The notes: generated by a model not told the origin, from the sequence alone. Shown: positions 18,212 through 26,652, numbered from the stretch's first letter. The stretch is DNA of 38,903 nt from Gemmatimonadota bacterium (GCA_040905425.1 JBBDRO010000067.1:5233-44135); one strand, 5' to 3'. Program-made: numbers and translations.

Positions 18212-19384
18212 CTACCGCTGTCCCCGGCGCCGCGCCAGCCGGGCTGCCCGACCCCATGCCCGCCGGGCCACGTCGGCGCCCCCGGCGCCCCCGGCGCGCA
18301 GGGCGCGCAGCAGCCGGGATACCCGGCCGCCGGCCCGGGTGGCCTCGGTGACCGCGGCGTCGCGGGCGGCGCGCGCCGCCACGGCGCTGAACCCCATGAG
18401 CTCCGCCAGTTCCTCCAGGGCACGCAGCTCGGCATCCGACACACCGCCGCGCGCGGCGGCGGAGGCGGCGGCCAGGTCGAGCAGTTCATCCCGCTCGGGC
18501 GCGCTGAGCTGCGCGAGCGCGGCCCGGGCTTCCGGCGGCACGGGCGCCACCGCCCCCACGCGCACGTCATCCATGTCCATGCACTCGACCACCAGACTGC
18601 GCAGCCACGGCATGGCCGGATGGATCCGCCGCGGCACCAGGCCGCTGACGGGCGCGCCGGCCGCGGCCGCGAAGCGCTCGATGGCGGCGCGACCGATGGC
18701 CACGGTGGCTACGTAGTTGAGCGCCCCCACGGCCGCCGCGCCGGCGCCCGGGACCAGGCGCGCCACGCTGCGGCGGGCTACCCGTCGTGCCAGCACCTTG
18801 GCCACCACCTCACCCGCGGCGCCGCTGCCGAAGGCCGCGCCCGCCGAGGCCAGAAACAGGGCACGCACCGTCACCGTAGGGTCGGTCAGTTGGACCCCAT
18901 AGAGTGCGGCTATCTCCAGCACCAGGTCGCGCTGCTGGTCGGCGGCGTAGCGCCAGTCGGCCACCAGCCCCAGGGCGCCCAGCGCCGCGCCCACCCCCGG
19001 CACGAGCGCCGGGATGGTGGTCACGGCGCCCACCGCGGCGGTGCGCCGGGCGCGCCAGCGGGTGCGCTCCCAGGCCACGCGCGCCAGGTCGGGCTCCGGC
19101 CCGCAGCGCTCCAGCATGTCGGCTGCCCGCTCCGCCGCCTTCCCGGACAGGCCGGGCGGCACCTCGAGGGCGCTGTCCATGACCTCGCGCATGCGGGCGG
19201 CCAGGCGGCCGCTCTCGGCTGGATCGAGGTTTAGCACCCGGCGCGCCCGCTCGCGTACCTCCGTGGCCGTCGCCGCCGCAAATTCGGCCCACGCGGCCGG
19301 CACTGCCCGCGCGTCTACCGTCTCCGGCGGCGCGGTGCCGGACCCGAGTTCGGGTTCGAGCGGCGGGCGATCGGCTTGCATCAT
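18212..19384 (-). CDS. EcsC/DUF697-like protein with possible TerB-like C-terminal helices
   Basis: VGAVTTIPALVPG, QRDLVLEIAALYG, RLVPGAGAAAVGALNYVATVAIGRAA; C-terminal GGVSDAELRALEELAELMG. Start uncertain. Confidence 0.65.
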   Translation of the reverse strand: MMQADRPPLEPELGSGTAPPETVDARAVPAAWAEFAAATATEVRERARRVLNLDPAESGRLAARMREVMDSALEVPPGLSGKAAERAADMLERCGPEPDLARVAWERTRWRARRTAAVGAVTTIPALVPGVGAALGALGLVADWRYAADQQRDLVLEIAALYGVQLTDPTVTVRALFLASAGAAFGSGAAGEVVAKVLARRVARRSVARLVPGAGAAAVGALNYVATVAIGRAAIERFAAAAGAPVSGLVPRRIHPAMPWLRSLVVECMDMDDVRVGAVAPVPPEARAALAQLSAPERDELLDLAAASAAARGGVSDAELRALEELAELMGFSAVAARAARDAAVTEATRAGGRVSRLLRALRAGGAGGADVARRAWGRAARLARRRGQR

Positions 19385-19452
19385 GGGGGCGGCCTCCGGC
19401 AAGCTGCGCTGGCGCCGGCGGCTCCGACGGCCAGTGACAACGTGGAGGGCGG

Positions 19453-20739
19453 ATGCGAACAACGGACCAGCGCGCGCACGTGGTGATCATCGGCGGTGGC
19501 TTCGGGGGCCTCTACTGCGCCCGCGAACTGGCACGCGCTCCCGTACGCATCACCCTGGTGGACCGCCGCAATTTTCATCTCTTTCAGCCGCTTCTCTACC
19601 AAGTGGCCACCGCGTCGCTCTCGCCCGCGGACATTGCCAGCCCGATCCGGAGCATCCTCAGGCGCCAGCGCAACGTGGAGGTGTGGCTGGGTGAAGTCGA
19701 GGCTGTCGACCCGGCCGCCCGCCACGTGCACCTGGCGGACGGCCGACTCAGCTACGACTACGCGGTCGTGGCCGCCGGCGCAACGCACGCCTACTTCGGA
19801 CACGACGCGTGGGCCGAGGTGGCGCCGGGGCTGAAGACCATCGACGACGCCACGGAACTGCGCCGTCGCTTTCTACTGGCGTTCGAAGCGGCGGAGCGGG
19901 AGGCGGACCCGGCTGCGCGCCGGCGGCTGCTCACCTTCGTGATCGTCGGCGCGGGGCCCACCGGGGTGGAACTGGCGGGTGCCATGGCCGAGATCGCGCG
20001 CCGTGCCATGCCCCGGGAGTTCCGGGCCATCGACACCACCTCGGCACGCATCCTCCTGCTGGAGGGCGGTGAGCGTGTGCTGCCCGCCTATCGCCCGGAG
20101 AGCTCCGCGCGGGCGCACCGCCAGCTGCAACACCTGGGCGTGGAAGTACGTACGGACGCTATGGTGAGTGGCATCGAGCCCGGCGTGGTGCGGATCGGAG
20201 AGGAGCGCATCGCCGCCGGCAACGTCTTCTGGGCGGCGGGTGTGGCCGCCTCGCCGCTGGGCGCCTCGCTGGGCGCGCCGCTCGACCGAGCCGGCCGTGT
20301 CCTGGTTGAGCCGGACTGTTCCGTGCCTGCCCACCCGGAGGTCTTCGTGGTGGGTGACCTGGCGGCCATGCGCCAGCCGGACGGGTCCATAGTGCCGGGC
20401 GTGGCGCAGGGCGCCATGCAGATGGGGGTGCACGCGGCGCGCTGCATGCGCGCCGACCTGGCGGGGCGCGCGCGGGAGCCGTTCACGTATCGGAACAAAG
20501 GCAATCTGGCCACCATCGGACGCGCGGCCGCGGTGGCGGAGTTCCGTCGGCTGAGCTTCGGCGGCATGCTGGCCTGGCTGCTCTGGGCATTCGTTCACAT
20601 CCTCTACCTGATCGGCTTCCGGAATCGCCTGCTGGTCATGCTGCAGTGGGCGTGGGCCTACCTCACCTATCAGCGTGGCATCCGGCTCATCACCGGCAAT
20701 CCGCGCATCGACCTCACCCGTTCACGGACACGCACATGA
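19453..20739 (+). CDS. ndh: Type II NADH:quinone oxidoreductase
   Basis: GGGFGG, FQPLLYQVAT, GAGPTGVELAG, WAAGV, VVGD, YRNKGNLATIGR and C-terminal amphipathic helices. Confidence 0.93.
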   Translation: MRTTDQRAHVVIIGGGFGGLYCARELARAPVRITLVDRRNFHLFQPLLYQVATASLSPADIASPIRSILRRQRNVEVWLGEVEAVDPAARHVHLADGRLSYDYAVVAAGATHAYFGHDAWAEVAPGLKTIDDATELRRRFLLAFEAAEREADPAARRRLLTFVIVGAGPTGVELAGAMAEIARRAMPREFRAIDTTSARILLLEGGERVLPAYRPESSARAHRQLQHLGVEVRTDAMVSGIEPGVVRIGEERIAAGNVFWAAGVAASPLGASLGAPLDRAGRVLVEPDCSVPAHPEVFVVGDLAAMRQPDGSIVPGVAQGAMQMGVHAARCMRADLAGRAREPFTYRNKGNLATIGRAAAVAEFRRLSFGGMLAWLLWAFVHILYLIGFRNRLLVMLQWAWAYLTYQRGIRLITGNPRIDLTRSRTRT

Positions 20740-21230
20740 ACCTCCTGCCCGCTTTCGTCGGGATACCACTGCTGGCGCTGGCGCTGTTGCTGGTGCCCCT
20801 GGGGCTGCCCGGTGTGTGGATCATGGTGGCGCTGCTCGGCGGCGGCGCGCTGCTGGGGGAGGTGGGCTGGGTGGTCGTGCTCACCGCCGCAGCCCTGGCC
20901 GGTCTGGCCGAATTCGCCGAGTACTGGCTGGTGGCCCGGTTGAACCTCCGCTACGGGGGTGGCCGGGGTGCGTTCTGGGGCGCCGTGGCGGGCGGCCTGG
21001 TGGGCGTCGTGGTGGGCATGCCCATCCCCGTCGTGGGTCCGGTAGTCGCCGGGTTTCTGGGCACCTTCGTGGGTGCAGCGCTCGTAACGCTGCTGGGCAC
21101 GCGCGACGCATGGAGCGCCGGGCGTGTGGGCTGGGGGGTGCTGCTCGGCCGCGTGCTGGCGGCGGTGGTGAAGGTGGGGACCGGCGTGGTCATCCTGGTG
21201 ATGGGAGCCACCGCGCTCCTGGTGCGGTGA
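20736..21230 (+). CDS. DUF456 family membrane protein
   Basis: LGLPGVW, RYGG..AFWGA..GG.VG and P.P..G...GF.G.F.GA pattern; ATGA overlap with ndh. Confidence 0.8.
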   Translation: MNLLPAFVGIPLLALALLLVPLGLPGVWIMVALLGGGALLGEVGWVVVLTAAALAGLAEFAEYWLVARLNLRYGGGRGAFWGAVAGGLVGVVVGMPIPVVGPVVAGFLGTFVGAALVTLLGTRDAWSAGRVGWGVLLGRVLAAVVKVGTGVVILVMGATALLVR

Positions 21231-21625
21231 ACCGCTTCATGTTCCCGCCGGCGCTGGAGACGTTCGTGGAGCTCTTCAACGCCCGCCGGTACTGGGAGAG
21301 CCACGAGGAGCTCGAGAGGCCGTGGCGGGAGGGCGGCAGTGGTTTCTACAAGGGTCTCATCCTCTACGCCAGCGCGTTCGTGCACCTGCAGAACGGCAAC
21401 GCGCACGGCGTCCAAGCCCAGCTCACGAAGGCCGCCCGGGAGCTGGGACCGTACACGCCGACCTACCTGGGCATCGACGTGGCGGCGGTGCTGGCGCACG
21501 CCTCGGCGGCGCGTCGGGTCGTGGAGCACGAAGAGGCGGGCTGGCCCGAGCGGATCGACGTGCCGCCGCTGCGGCTCCGACGGACACGGGTGCGGGGCAC
21601 GGAGGCCGAACTCCGGGCCGGTTGA
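21227..21625 (+). CDS. DUF309 domain protein
   Basis: ELFNARRYWESHEELERPW, FYKGLI, VHLQNGN and YLGIDV. GTG start overlaps the previous stop (alternative ATG 21239). Confidence 0.85.
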   Translation: MNRFMFPPALETFVELFNARRYWESHEELERPWREGGSGFYKGLILYASAFVHLQNGNAHGVQAQLTKAARELGPYTPTYLGIDVAAVLAHASAARRVVEHEEAGWPERIDVPPLRLRRTRVRGTEAELRAG

Positions 21626-21632
21626 TGCCGGC

Positions 21633-21725
21633 CCGGAGTGCTCCGGAGTGCTATGGACTTGCCCGCGTGGCGGGCGCATCGTGAAAACGGGGGGGGACCC
21701 CGCCGGGAAACGGGGGACCCCGCCG
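21633..21725. repeat. Two short tandem duplications in a convergent intergenic spacer
   Basis: CCGGAGTGCT x2 (21633-21652); AAAC-G8-ACCCCGCCG (21685-21705) and AAAC-G5-ACCCCGCCG (21708-21725). Confidence 0.7.
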
Positions 21726-21731
21726 CGTGGT

Positions 21732-22301
21732 TCAGCCGCCCGTCGTGGCGCCCTGCTGCTCCGCGCCCGGATCGCCCACCTGCACCACCTCGATTTCGAA
21801 GATGAGGTCGGAGCGCGGGCCGATGACCTCGCTCCGGCGCCGCTCACCGTAGGCCAGTGGGTAGGGGATCACCAACCGGCGGGTACCGCCCTCGCGCATC
21901 CCCGGGATGCCTACCTGCCATCCCTCAATGAGATTGGCCAGGGGGAAGACGGCCGTGGCGTCACCCTCGGTGGCGTCGAACACCTCCCCACTCAGCACCC
22001 AGCCCGTATAGCGCACGGCCACGCGGTCCTCCAGCTCCACCACCTCGCCGCTGCCCTCCACCAGATCCTGGACGTAGACGCCCGACGGGAGACGGGTCAT
22101 GGCCGAGAGGTCCACGTCCAGCTCGGGCGCGATCTCCTCCTGCTCGATGGTCAGCGCCGCCTCATCCGGCGCGGCGGCATCACTCACGGCGGGCGGGATG
22201 TCCGGCGCATCGGCCGGCGGCTCGGGGGCATCTCCGCCACACGCGGCCAGTATGAGCAGGCATGCGCCCGCGCTGGTCCAGCCTGCGGTACGCTTCTTCA
22301 T
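21732..22301 (-). CDS. FKBP-type peptidyl-prolyl isomerase, lipoprotein
   Basis: Lipobox LAAC; YTGW..GEVFD, LIEGW, GMREGGTRRLVIP..LAYG and LIFEIEV. Confidence 0.93.
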   Translation of the reverse strand: MKKRTAGWTSAGACLLILAACGGDAPEPPADAPDIPPAVSDAAAPDEAALTIEQEEIAPELDVDLSAMTRLPSGVYVQDLVEGSGEVVELEDRVAVRYTGWVLSGEVFDATEGDATAVFPLANLIEGWQVGIPGMREGGTRRLVIPYPLAYGERRRSEVIGPRSDLIFEIEVVQVGDPGAEQQGATTGG

Positions 22302-22942
22302 GACGTCTCCTGGTTTCCGGATGATTCGGTGACGGACCGGATGGCGCCCAGCAGCAGCGCATGCGCCACGTCCAGCTCCGCCGGCGGCGCCCCAAGGTAC
22401 GTGACGCCGGCCTCCCCGACGAGGGCGTGGAAGGCGGTTGCGGCCTCCTGGAGACGACTGGCCAGTTCCACAGCGCTGCCGGTTTCGGCCGTGCGCCCGA
22501 GGCCACGCAAAGCCAGCGCCAGCGCTCGCGCGGGCGCGGCTCGGGGGGCACCCGGCGCGTCCGGTGCCAACGCCGCCGTGGTCCGCGCCACCAGCGCATC
22601 ACACGCGCTGGCGCAACGCAGCAGGTCGGCGAAGAGGCGCTGCGCATCCGGGGCCAGCGGTACGCGCGCCGCGGCCGCACCGCCCCGCTCCAGGGCCTGG
22701 CTGGCCAGCGCGGCCTGCAGGCCGAGCACACCCGCGCGGACCGCCGTGGCCGCAGCCGGGCTGGCAAAGGAGAACGCGGCCTCCACACTCGCCGGGCTGA
22801 AGATACCAGGTGCCACGTCGCCGGAAGTCACCACCGTACCGCTCACATCGGAGATGTTGCGGGGACCCCGTGGCTCCTGCGCGGTCAGCGGCATGACACC
22901 GGACAGGAAAAGGAGCGCGAGGCATGAGCGGAGCAGGTGCAT
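22298..22942 (-). CDS. Secreted Ala-rich alpha-helical hypothetical protein
   Basis: Signal peptide MHLLRSCLALLFLSGVMPLTA-QE with GGGAG RBS (alternative start 22969, TGATG overlap). Stop overlaps the FKBP start. Confidence 0.7.
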   Translation of the reverse strand: MHLLRSCLALLFLSGVMPLTAQEPRGPRNISDVSGTVVTSGDVAPGIFSPASVEAAFSFASPAAATAVRAGVLGLQAALASQALERGGAAAARVPLAPDAQRLFADLLRCASACDALVARTTAALAPDAPGAPRAAPARALALALRGLGRTAETGSAVELASRLQEAATAFHALVGEAGVTYLGAPPAELDVAHALLLGAIRSVTESSGNQETS

Positions 22943-22968
22943 GTGGACTCCCGTCCTGGTAGAAGACA

Positions 22969-23835
22969 TCAGCGCCACCGCAGGGCCACACCGCCGCCCG
23001 CGATGAAGCGGGCGCCGTCGCCGGCGCTGCCCGTAAGATCGGCCAGACCGGCCCCCAGTGCCAGCGGTGCCCACTCCGGCAGATAGATCAACCCCGCGTT
23101 CAGATCCTGCCCGGTCCAGTCCAGCGTGGCCGCCAACGCAGACGTCAGCCGGGTGGAGAGCGCGGCGAACAGCCCCAACCCGGCCTCATCGGCCCGGACC
23201 CTGGCTTCCCGCTGGAAACGATCGTTGCCCGCCCCTACCGTCACCCCCACCCCGCCGAAGGCCGCGGCGGGGTCCCGCCGGAGCGGTAGCAGGTGGCTGG
23301 CCACCACGAACACGCTGGTCTCCGCGTCGGGCTCGCCCCACGGCACGGCGTTCTCCGCCCCGAGGGCCACGCCCGTCCGCTCGCCTACGCGCCTGTGCAC
23401 TTTGAAGCTCAGGCCCCCGTTGGTCAGGAAGCCCTGATTCAGCGTCGAGAAGGACGTGGCCGTGACCTCCAGCGCAACCGCACCGGCAGGATCACCCACG
23501 CCGAAGCCCGCGGTGAGCGCGCCGTCCCCCCGCCGCGTACGCCGCGCGCGGTGCTGATATCCGGCGCCCGCGAACACGTCCCCCCAACGCGCGCCGAACG
23601 CCGTGGGCGAACCGAACGAAGCGGCGGGGATGCGGACGGCCGCCGCGCCCACTATGCGCTCCACCGGTACGGGAGGCAGTGCGTAGCTGGCGCGCAGGGA
23701 GTCCAGCCGGGTGCCCTGGGCGGCTGCGGGGAGCGCCGGGAGGACCGCCAGAACGAGCACCGCCAGGACGAGCAGGGCCCATACACGGGCCGCCCGGACG
23801 TGGGCTGCGGCGTGTGCGCCACCGCGCGTCTTCAT
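22969..23835 (-). CDS. Putative outer-membrane beta-barrel protein
   Basis: Signal peptide to AAA-Q; SPTAFGARWGD; alternating hydrophobic beta strands; aromatic residue near the C-terminus (GGVALRWR). Confidence 0.7.
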   Translation of the reverse strand: MKTRGGAHAAAHVRAARVWALLVLAVLVLAVLPALPAAAQGTRLDSLRASYALPPVPVERIVGAAAVRIPAASFGSPTAFGARWGDVFAGAGYQHRARRTRRGDGALTAGFGVGDPAGAVALEVTATSFSTLNQGFLTNGGLSFKVHRRVGERTGVALGAENAVPWGEPDAETSVFVVASHLLPLRRDPAAAFGGVGVTVGAGNDRFQREARVRADEAGLGLFAALSTRLTSALAATLDWTGQDLNAGLIYLPEWAPLALGAGLADLTGSAGDGARFIAGGGVALRWR

Positions 23836-24452
23836 TCCCCCTCCCGCCAGCGAGCAGCCGTCACCACCGGTCGGCGCGTGTCAGCCGTCGGGCGCGCGTC
23901 AGCCTCGATCGGCGGTGGACGCAGGGCCGGCTGCTCGTCGGGCCGCGGATCCAGGCGTGCCGGATCGAGTGCTCCCACCACCGACCCGGCGAGCGCCACG
24001 AGGTAGAGCGCGCCGCCCGACGCACGGATGGCGGCGGCCACCTGCTGGTCCCGCTCCAGGAGGCCCAGCCGGCCCAGCATCCAGTTCCAGTCGTGCAGTA
24101 CGTATTCCCCGCCCACGAGCGGCAGGAGCTGAGCGCGGGCATCCGCCGCGTAGCGGCTCACGTTGAAGAGGGATTGCGCCAGCCAGAAGACCACCACGAA
24201 CGCGGACCAGCGCTGGCCCGTCTGCCAGAAATAGACCACGAAAGCAGCGGGCACAATGAGCTGGAGGAGGGTGCCGCCCGCCATACCCATGAAGGTGCCC
24301 AGCGGTGCGAAGAGCGGATGGCCGGCCTCGTGAATGGCCAGATCCAGATGGTCCAGCAGGCCGAATCGGTGGGGATTCCAGAGATAGGAGGCCAGGTAGC
24401 CGGCCACGAGCAGTGCCAGCGCCAGGCGGCCGGTGTGGAGCGTGCGCGGCAT
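23832..24452 (-). CDS. Membrane protein with HExxH motif (M50-like metalloprotease)
   Basis: IHEAGH, GGTLLQL, YAADARAQLLPL and HDWN, with several TM segments. Confidence 0.78.
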   Translation of the reverse strand: MPRTLHTGRLALALLVAGYLASYLWNPHRFGLLDHLDLAIHEAGHPLFAPLGTFMGMAGGTLLQLIVPAAFVVYFWQTGQRWSAFVVVFWLAQSLFNVSRYAADARAQLLPLVGGEYVLHDWNWMLGRLGLLERDQQVAAAIRASGGALYLVALAGSVVGALDPARLDPRPDEQPALRPPPIEADARPTADTRRPVVTAARWREGE

Positions 24453-24497
24453 GGCTACGACCTCCCCGGCCAGGGACCGGCCCCGCCGCCGGGGCCG

Positions 24498-25034
24498 CTA
24501 AAGGCTGACTCTCACCCAGCCGCCGTGGCGACCACCCTCACGATACGGATCTTCCTCCCGCTTGGCCACGACCCCGATCCACCGCTCCTGGCGGGCGTGA
24601 TCCATGAGCACCTTGCCAGCCCGCTTGCGTGCCTCGGCAATCTCCACGTGCTCCACGCGCCGCCGCTTGAAGAGATCCTCCAGCGCTTCACGCCGCTCGT
24701 TCCAGGGCGTGTCCACCAACGACTTCCCGTCCAGATGCAGCAGATCGAAGGCAAAGAAGGCGGACCGTTGGTCGTGCAAGGCAATCTCACCGTCCAGCAC
24801 GAAGGAGCGGCCGACCCGCTCCGCCAGATAGCGCAAAGCCTCGGCAATGTGGGCATAGCGACCGGTCCGATCCACGCTGCTGCCGCCCTTCAACTCACAT
24901 TCCTCGGGCGTGCAGTAGGCCAGCACGCGCCGCCCCCCATAGGACGGCTGGTAGATCCAACCCTCGCCCTCGGGGAGGTGCCGCTGCTTGCGTGCGTGCA
25001 TCGGTTCTATACTGATCTCGTCCATGCGCTCCAC
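24498..25034 (-). CDS. ATP-dependent DNA ligase adenylation-domain homologue (LigD/LigC-like), catalytic residues absent
   Basis: PM.A, GWIYQPSYGGRR, VLDGEI, FFAFDLLHLDG, P..ERR..LE, GVVAKR..PY..G and W. AGGAGG RBS 7 nt before the GTG. Confidence 0.8.
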   Translation of the reverse strand: MERMDEISIEPMHARKQRHLPEGEGWIYQPSYGGRRVLAYCTPEECELKGGSSVDRTGRYAHIAEALRYLAERVGRSFVLDGEIALHDQRSAFFAFDLLHLDGKSLVDTPWNERREALEDLFKRRRVEHVEIAEARKRAGKVLMDHARQERWIGVVAKREEDPYREGGRHGGWVRVSL

Positions 25035-25187
25035 CGCTCGACCTCCTGACTTATTGCCTGATCACGCGCCCGCCTGTGCAAGAAACGCGCTCGGCGCGGT
25101 ACGCACCGCGGCCCGGACGGAATCGCCTCCCGGCCGGGCCGCTTGCCTGTTCCATGCGACGAGGCCGTTCGCGCCCCGTCCTACCGC

Positions 25188-25319
25188 TCACTCCCGCTGC
25201 GCGTCTTCGTTCACTCTTCCCTCCGCCAGGCGGGTGAGCCGCTCGTTCGTCTCCACCTCCTCGGCCAGCGTCTGCTGCAGCAGCGTGGCCTGGTCGTCGA
25301 AGTCGAGCGCCCGGGCGCG
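25188..25319 (-). pseudogene. 3' remnant of a YciE/YciF (DUF892) ferritin-like gene
   Basis: Frame reads RARALDFDDQATLLQQTLAEEVETNERLTRLAEGRVNEDAQRE*, matching the YciF C-terminal helix pattern. There is no start codon; it begins at the LysM gene stop. Confidence 0.7.
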
Positions 25320-25320
25320 C

Positions 25321-26115
25321 CTAGCGGGAGGGGACCTCCAGCACCTGTCCGGCCAGGATGCGGTTGCCGTTCAGGCCGTTCAGCATCCGCAACTCGTCCA
25401 CGGTCGTACCGTACGCCCGTGCGATGGACCACAGGGAGTCGCCCCGATCCACCTCGTAGGTGCGTGTGCCTCCTACCGATGGCCCCGAGGCCACCTGCCG
25501 GACGGCCGGCGCATCCTCCATGGCGGCCACCACGGTACGCTGCGCGGCCTGGCCTTCCAGGCGCGCCACGTACGAGCCGTACTGACGCGGGTAGAGGGCC
25601 ACGTGATAGTGCGGCGGGTAGTTCTCCTTCGTGATGTCCAGCACGCCCGCGCCCTCGAGCTGCAGGAGCACTCGCTCCAACCACGCCCGGCAACGGGCAT
25701 CGGAGGCGCGCCGCAGGTCCACGGCCATGCCGGCCGGGTGCACGGACAGGTCGGAGGCGTTGGCCGGCTGCCTGCCCCGCGGCCGGGTGAGGCTGGTGAC
25801 CACCAGCTTCTGGCCACACGCGGCGTGGTACTGCCCCGCCAGGCGTTCCACGAACGTCCTGACCTCCGGGCGCGCGTACGGATAGGACACGTTGGCCAGT
25901 TCGTAGTGGGCATTCCCGCCCACGCGCACCAGCAGACCCAGCTCCACGAACCGGCGCACCTCGGCCGCACTGCGCAGGAAGGTGTAATCGTGCTCGATCG
26001 CGATGGCGTGCTGATAGCGCATCGTGGACGGGGAGCCCCGCAGTGACTGCGCCCCGGCGGTGGATACGGTGGCCAGCAGCAGGATGCCCACGACGGCTGG
26101 GATGGCTCGCAACAT
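25321..26115 (-). CDS. Secreted DUF5715 (LAS/M15-like zinc peptidase) plus LysM protein
   Basis: Signal peptide; VTSLTRP, SVHPAGMAVD (Hx6D) and PHYHV; C-terminal YEVDRGDSLWSIARAYGTTVDELRMLNGL LysM domain. Confidence 0.88.
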   Translation of the reverse strand: MLRAIPAVVGILLLATVSTAGAQSLRGSPSTMRYQHAIAIEHDYTFLRSAAEVRRFVELGLLVRVGGNAHYELANVSYPYARPEVRTFVERLAGQYHAACGQKLVVTSLTRPRGRQPANASDLSVHPAGMAVDLRRASDARCRAWLERVLLQLEGAGVLDITKENYPPHYHVALYPRQYGSYVARLEGQAAQRTVVAAMEDAPAVRQVASGPSVGGTRTYEVDRGDSLWSIARAYGTTVDELRMLNGLNGNRILAGQVLEVPSR

Positions 26116-26154
26116 TGGCGTACTTCGGTTCGATGTGCACGATGACGGGACCCC

Positions 26155-26309
26155 ACGCACCTGCCGGTGCGCGACGGTCCAACGGACACGTCTGACGGTG
26201 CGGCGGGGAAACCACACCGGAACCGACCGGCCCGGGGAGGACACGGCCGATACGACATCGGAGGAGGGATCGCCGCACGATGAAGGGCGCGTACCTCAAC
26301 CGACAGGTG
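26155..26309 (-). ncRNA. Candidate structured 5' leader RNA of the LysM peptidase gene (no family recognised)
   Basis: Nested long-range pairings 26299-26309/26158-26168 (11 bp) and 26271-26278/26198-26205 (8 bp), plus internal hairpins. Begins just after the predicted promoter. Confidence 0.4.
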
Positions 26310-26312
26310 AAC

Positions 26313-26341
26313 TATATAAGGATAAATCGCCGCTTTGTCCA
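26313..26341 (-). promoter_or_regulatory. Putative sigma70 promoter for the LysM gene
   Basis: Minus strand TGGACA (26336-26341), 17 nt, TATATA (26313-26318), overlapping TATAGT. Confidence 0.55.
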
Positions 26342-26504
26342 GAGTTGCGTATTCGAACGGCTTGCCCTACCCCGCCTCGAGGGGAGCGCCGTACCGAGTC
26401 CGGCTGGGTCGGCGAACGTCTACGGCTGGCCACCAGGCACGGCCGTCGGGCACCGCTGCCGCCCCACGAACGACGTAGGCGCGCCTTTCCGCTGCCGCCA
26501 ACGG

Positions 26505-26562
26505 TTGTGCGGCAATAGGCGTCCAGATACTGTATACAGTCTCCAGAGGTGAAACTCTGGGG
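26505..26562 (+). promoter_or_regulatory. Putative sigma70 promoter for the TPR gene, with a palindrome and a 5' hairpin
   Basis: TTGTGC-17-TACTGT (26505-26533); perfect palindrome ACTGTATACAGT (26529-26540); hairpin CTCCAGAG-GTGAAA-CTCTGGGG (26541-26562). Confidence 0.5.
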
Positions 26563-26652
26563 GCATGGCTGTGTACGAGAGCGGGCAACACACCCGGCCG
26601 CCGGCATGGCTCCGGGATTCATGTATCGAGCAACACATCCTTCGGAGGTCTC

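Noticed and set aside
19453..20739. Sulfide:quinone oxidoreductase partnering the persulfide dioxygenase
   Set aside because: It has the second GxGxxG NADH-binding motif and NDH-2 signatures, not the SQR Cys motifs.
26155..26309. Known RNA families (c-di-AMP riboswitch, 6S RNA, tRNA)
   Set aside because: I could not match their conserved sequence elements by eye; kept only as an unassigned structured leader.
26529..26540. LexA SOS box
   Set aside because: CTGT and ACAG are 2 nt apart rather than 8, and the downstream gene is not repair-related.
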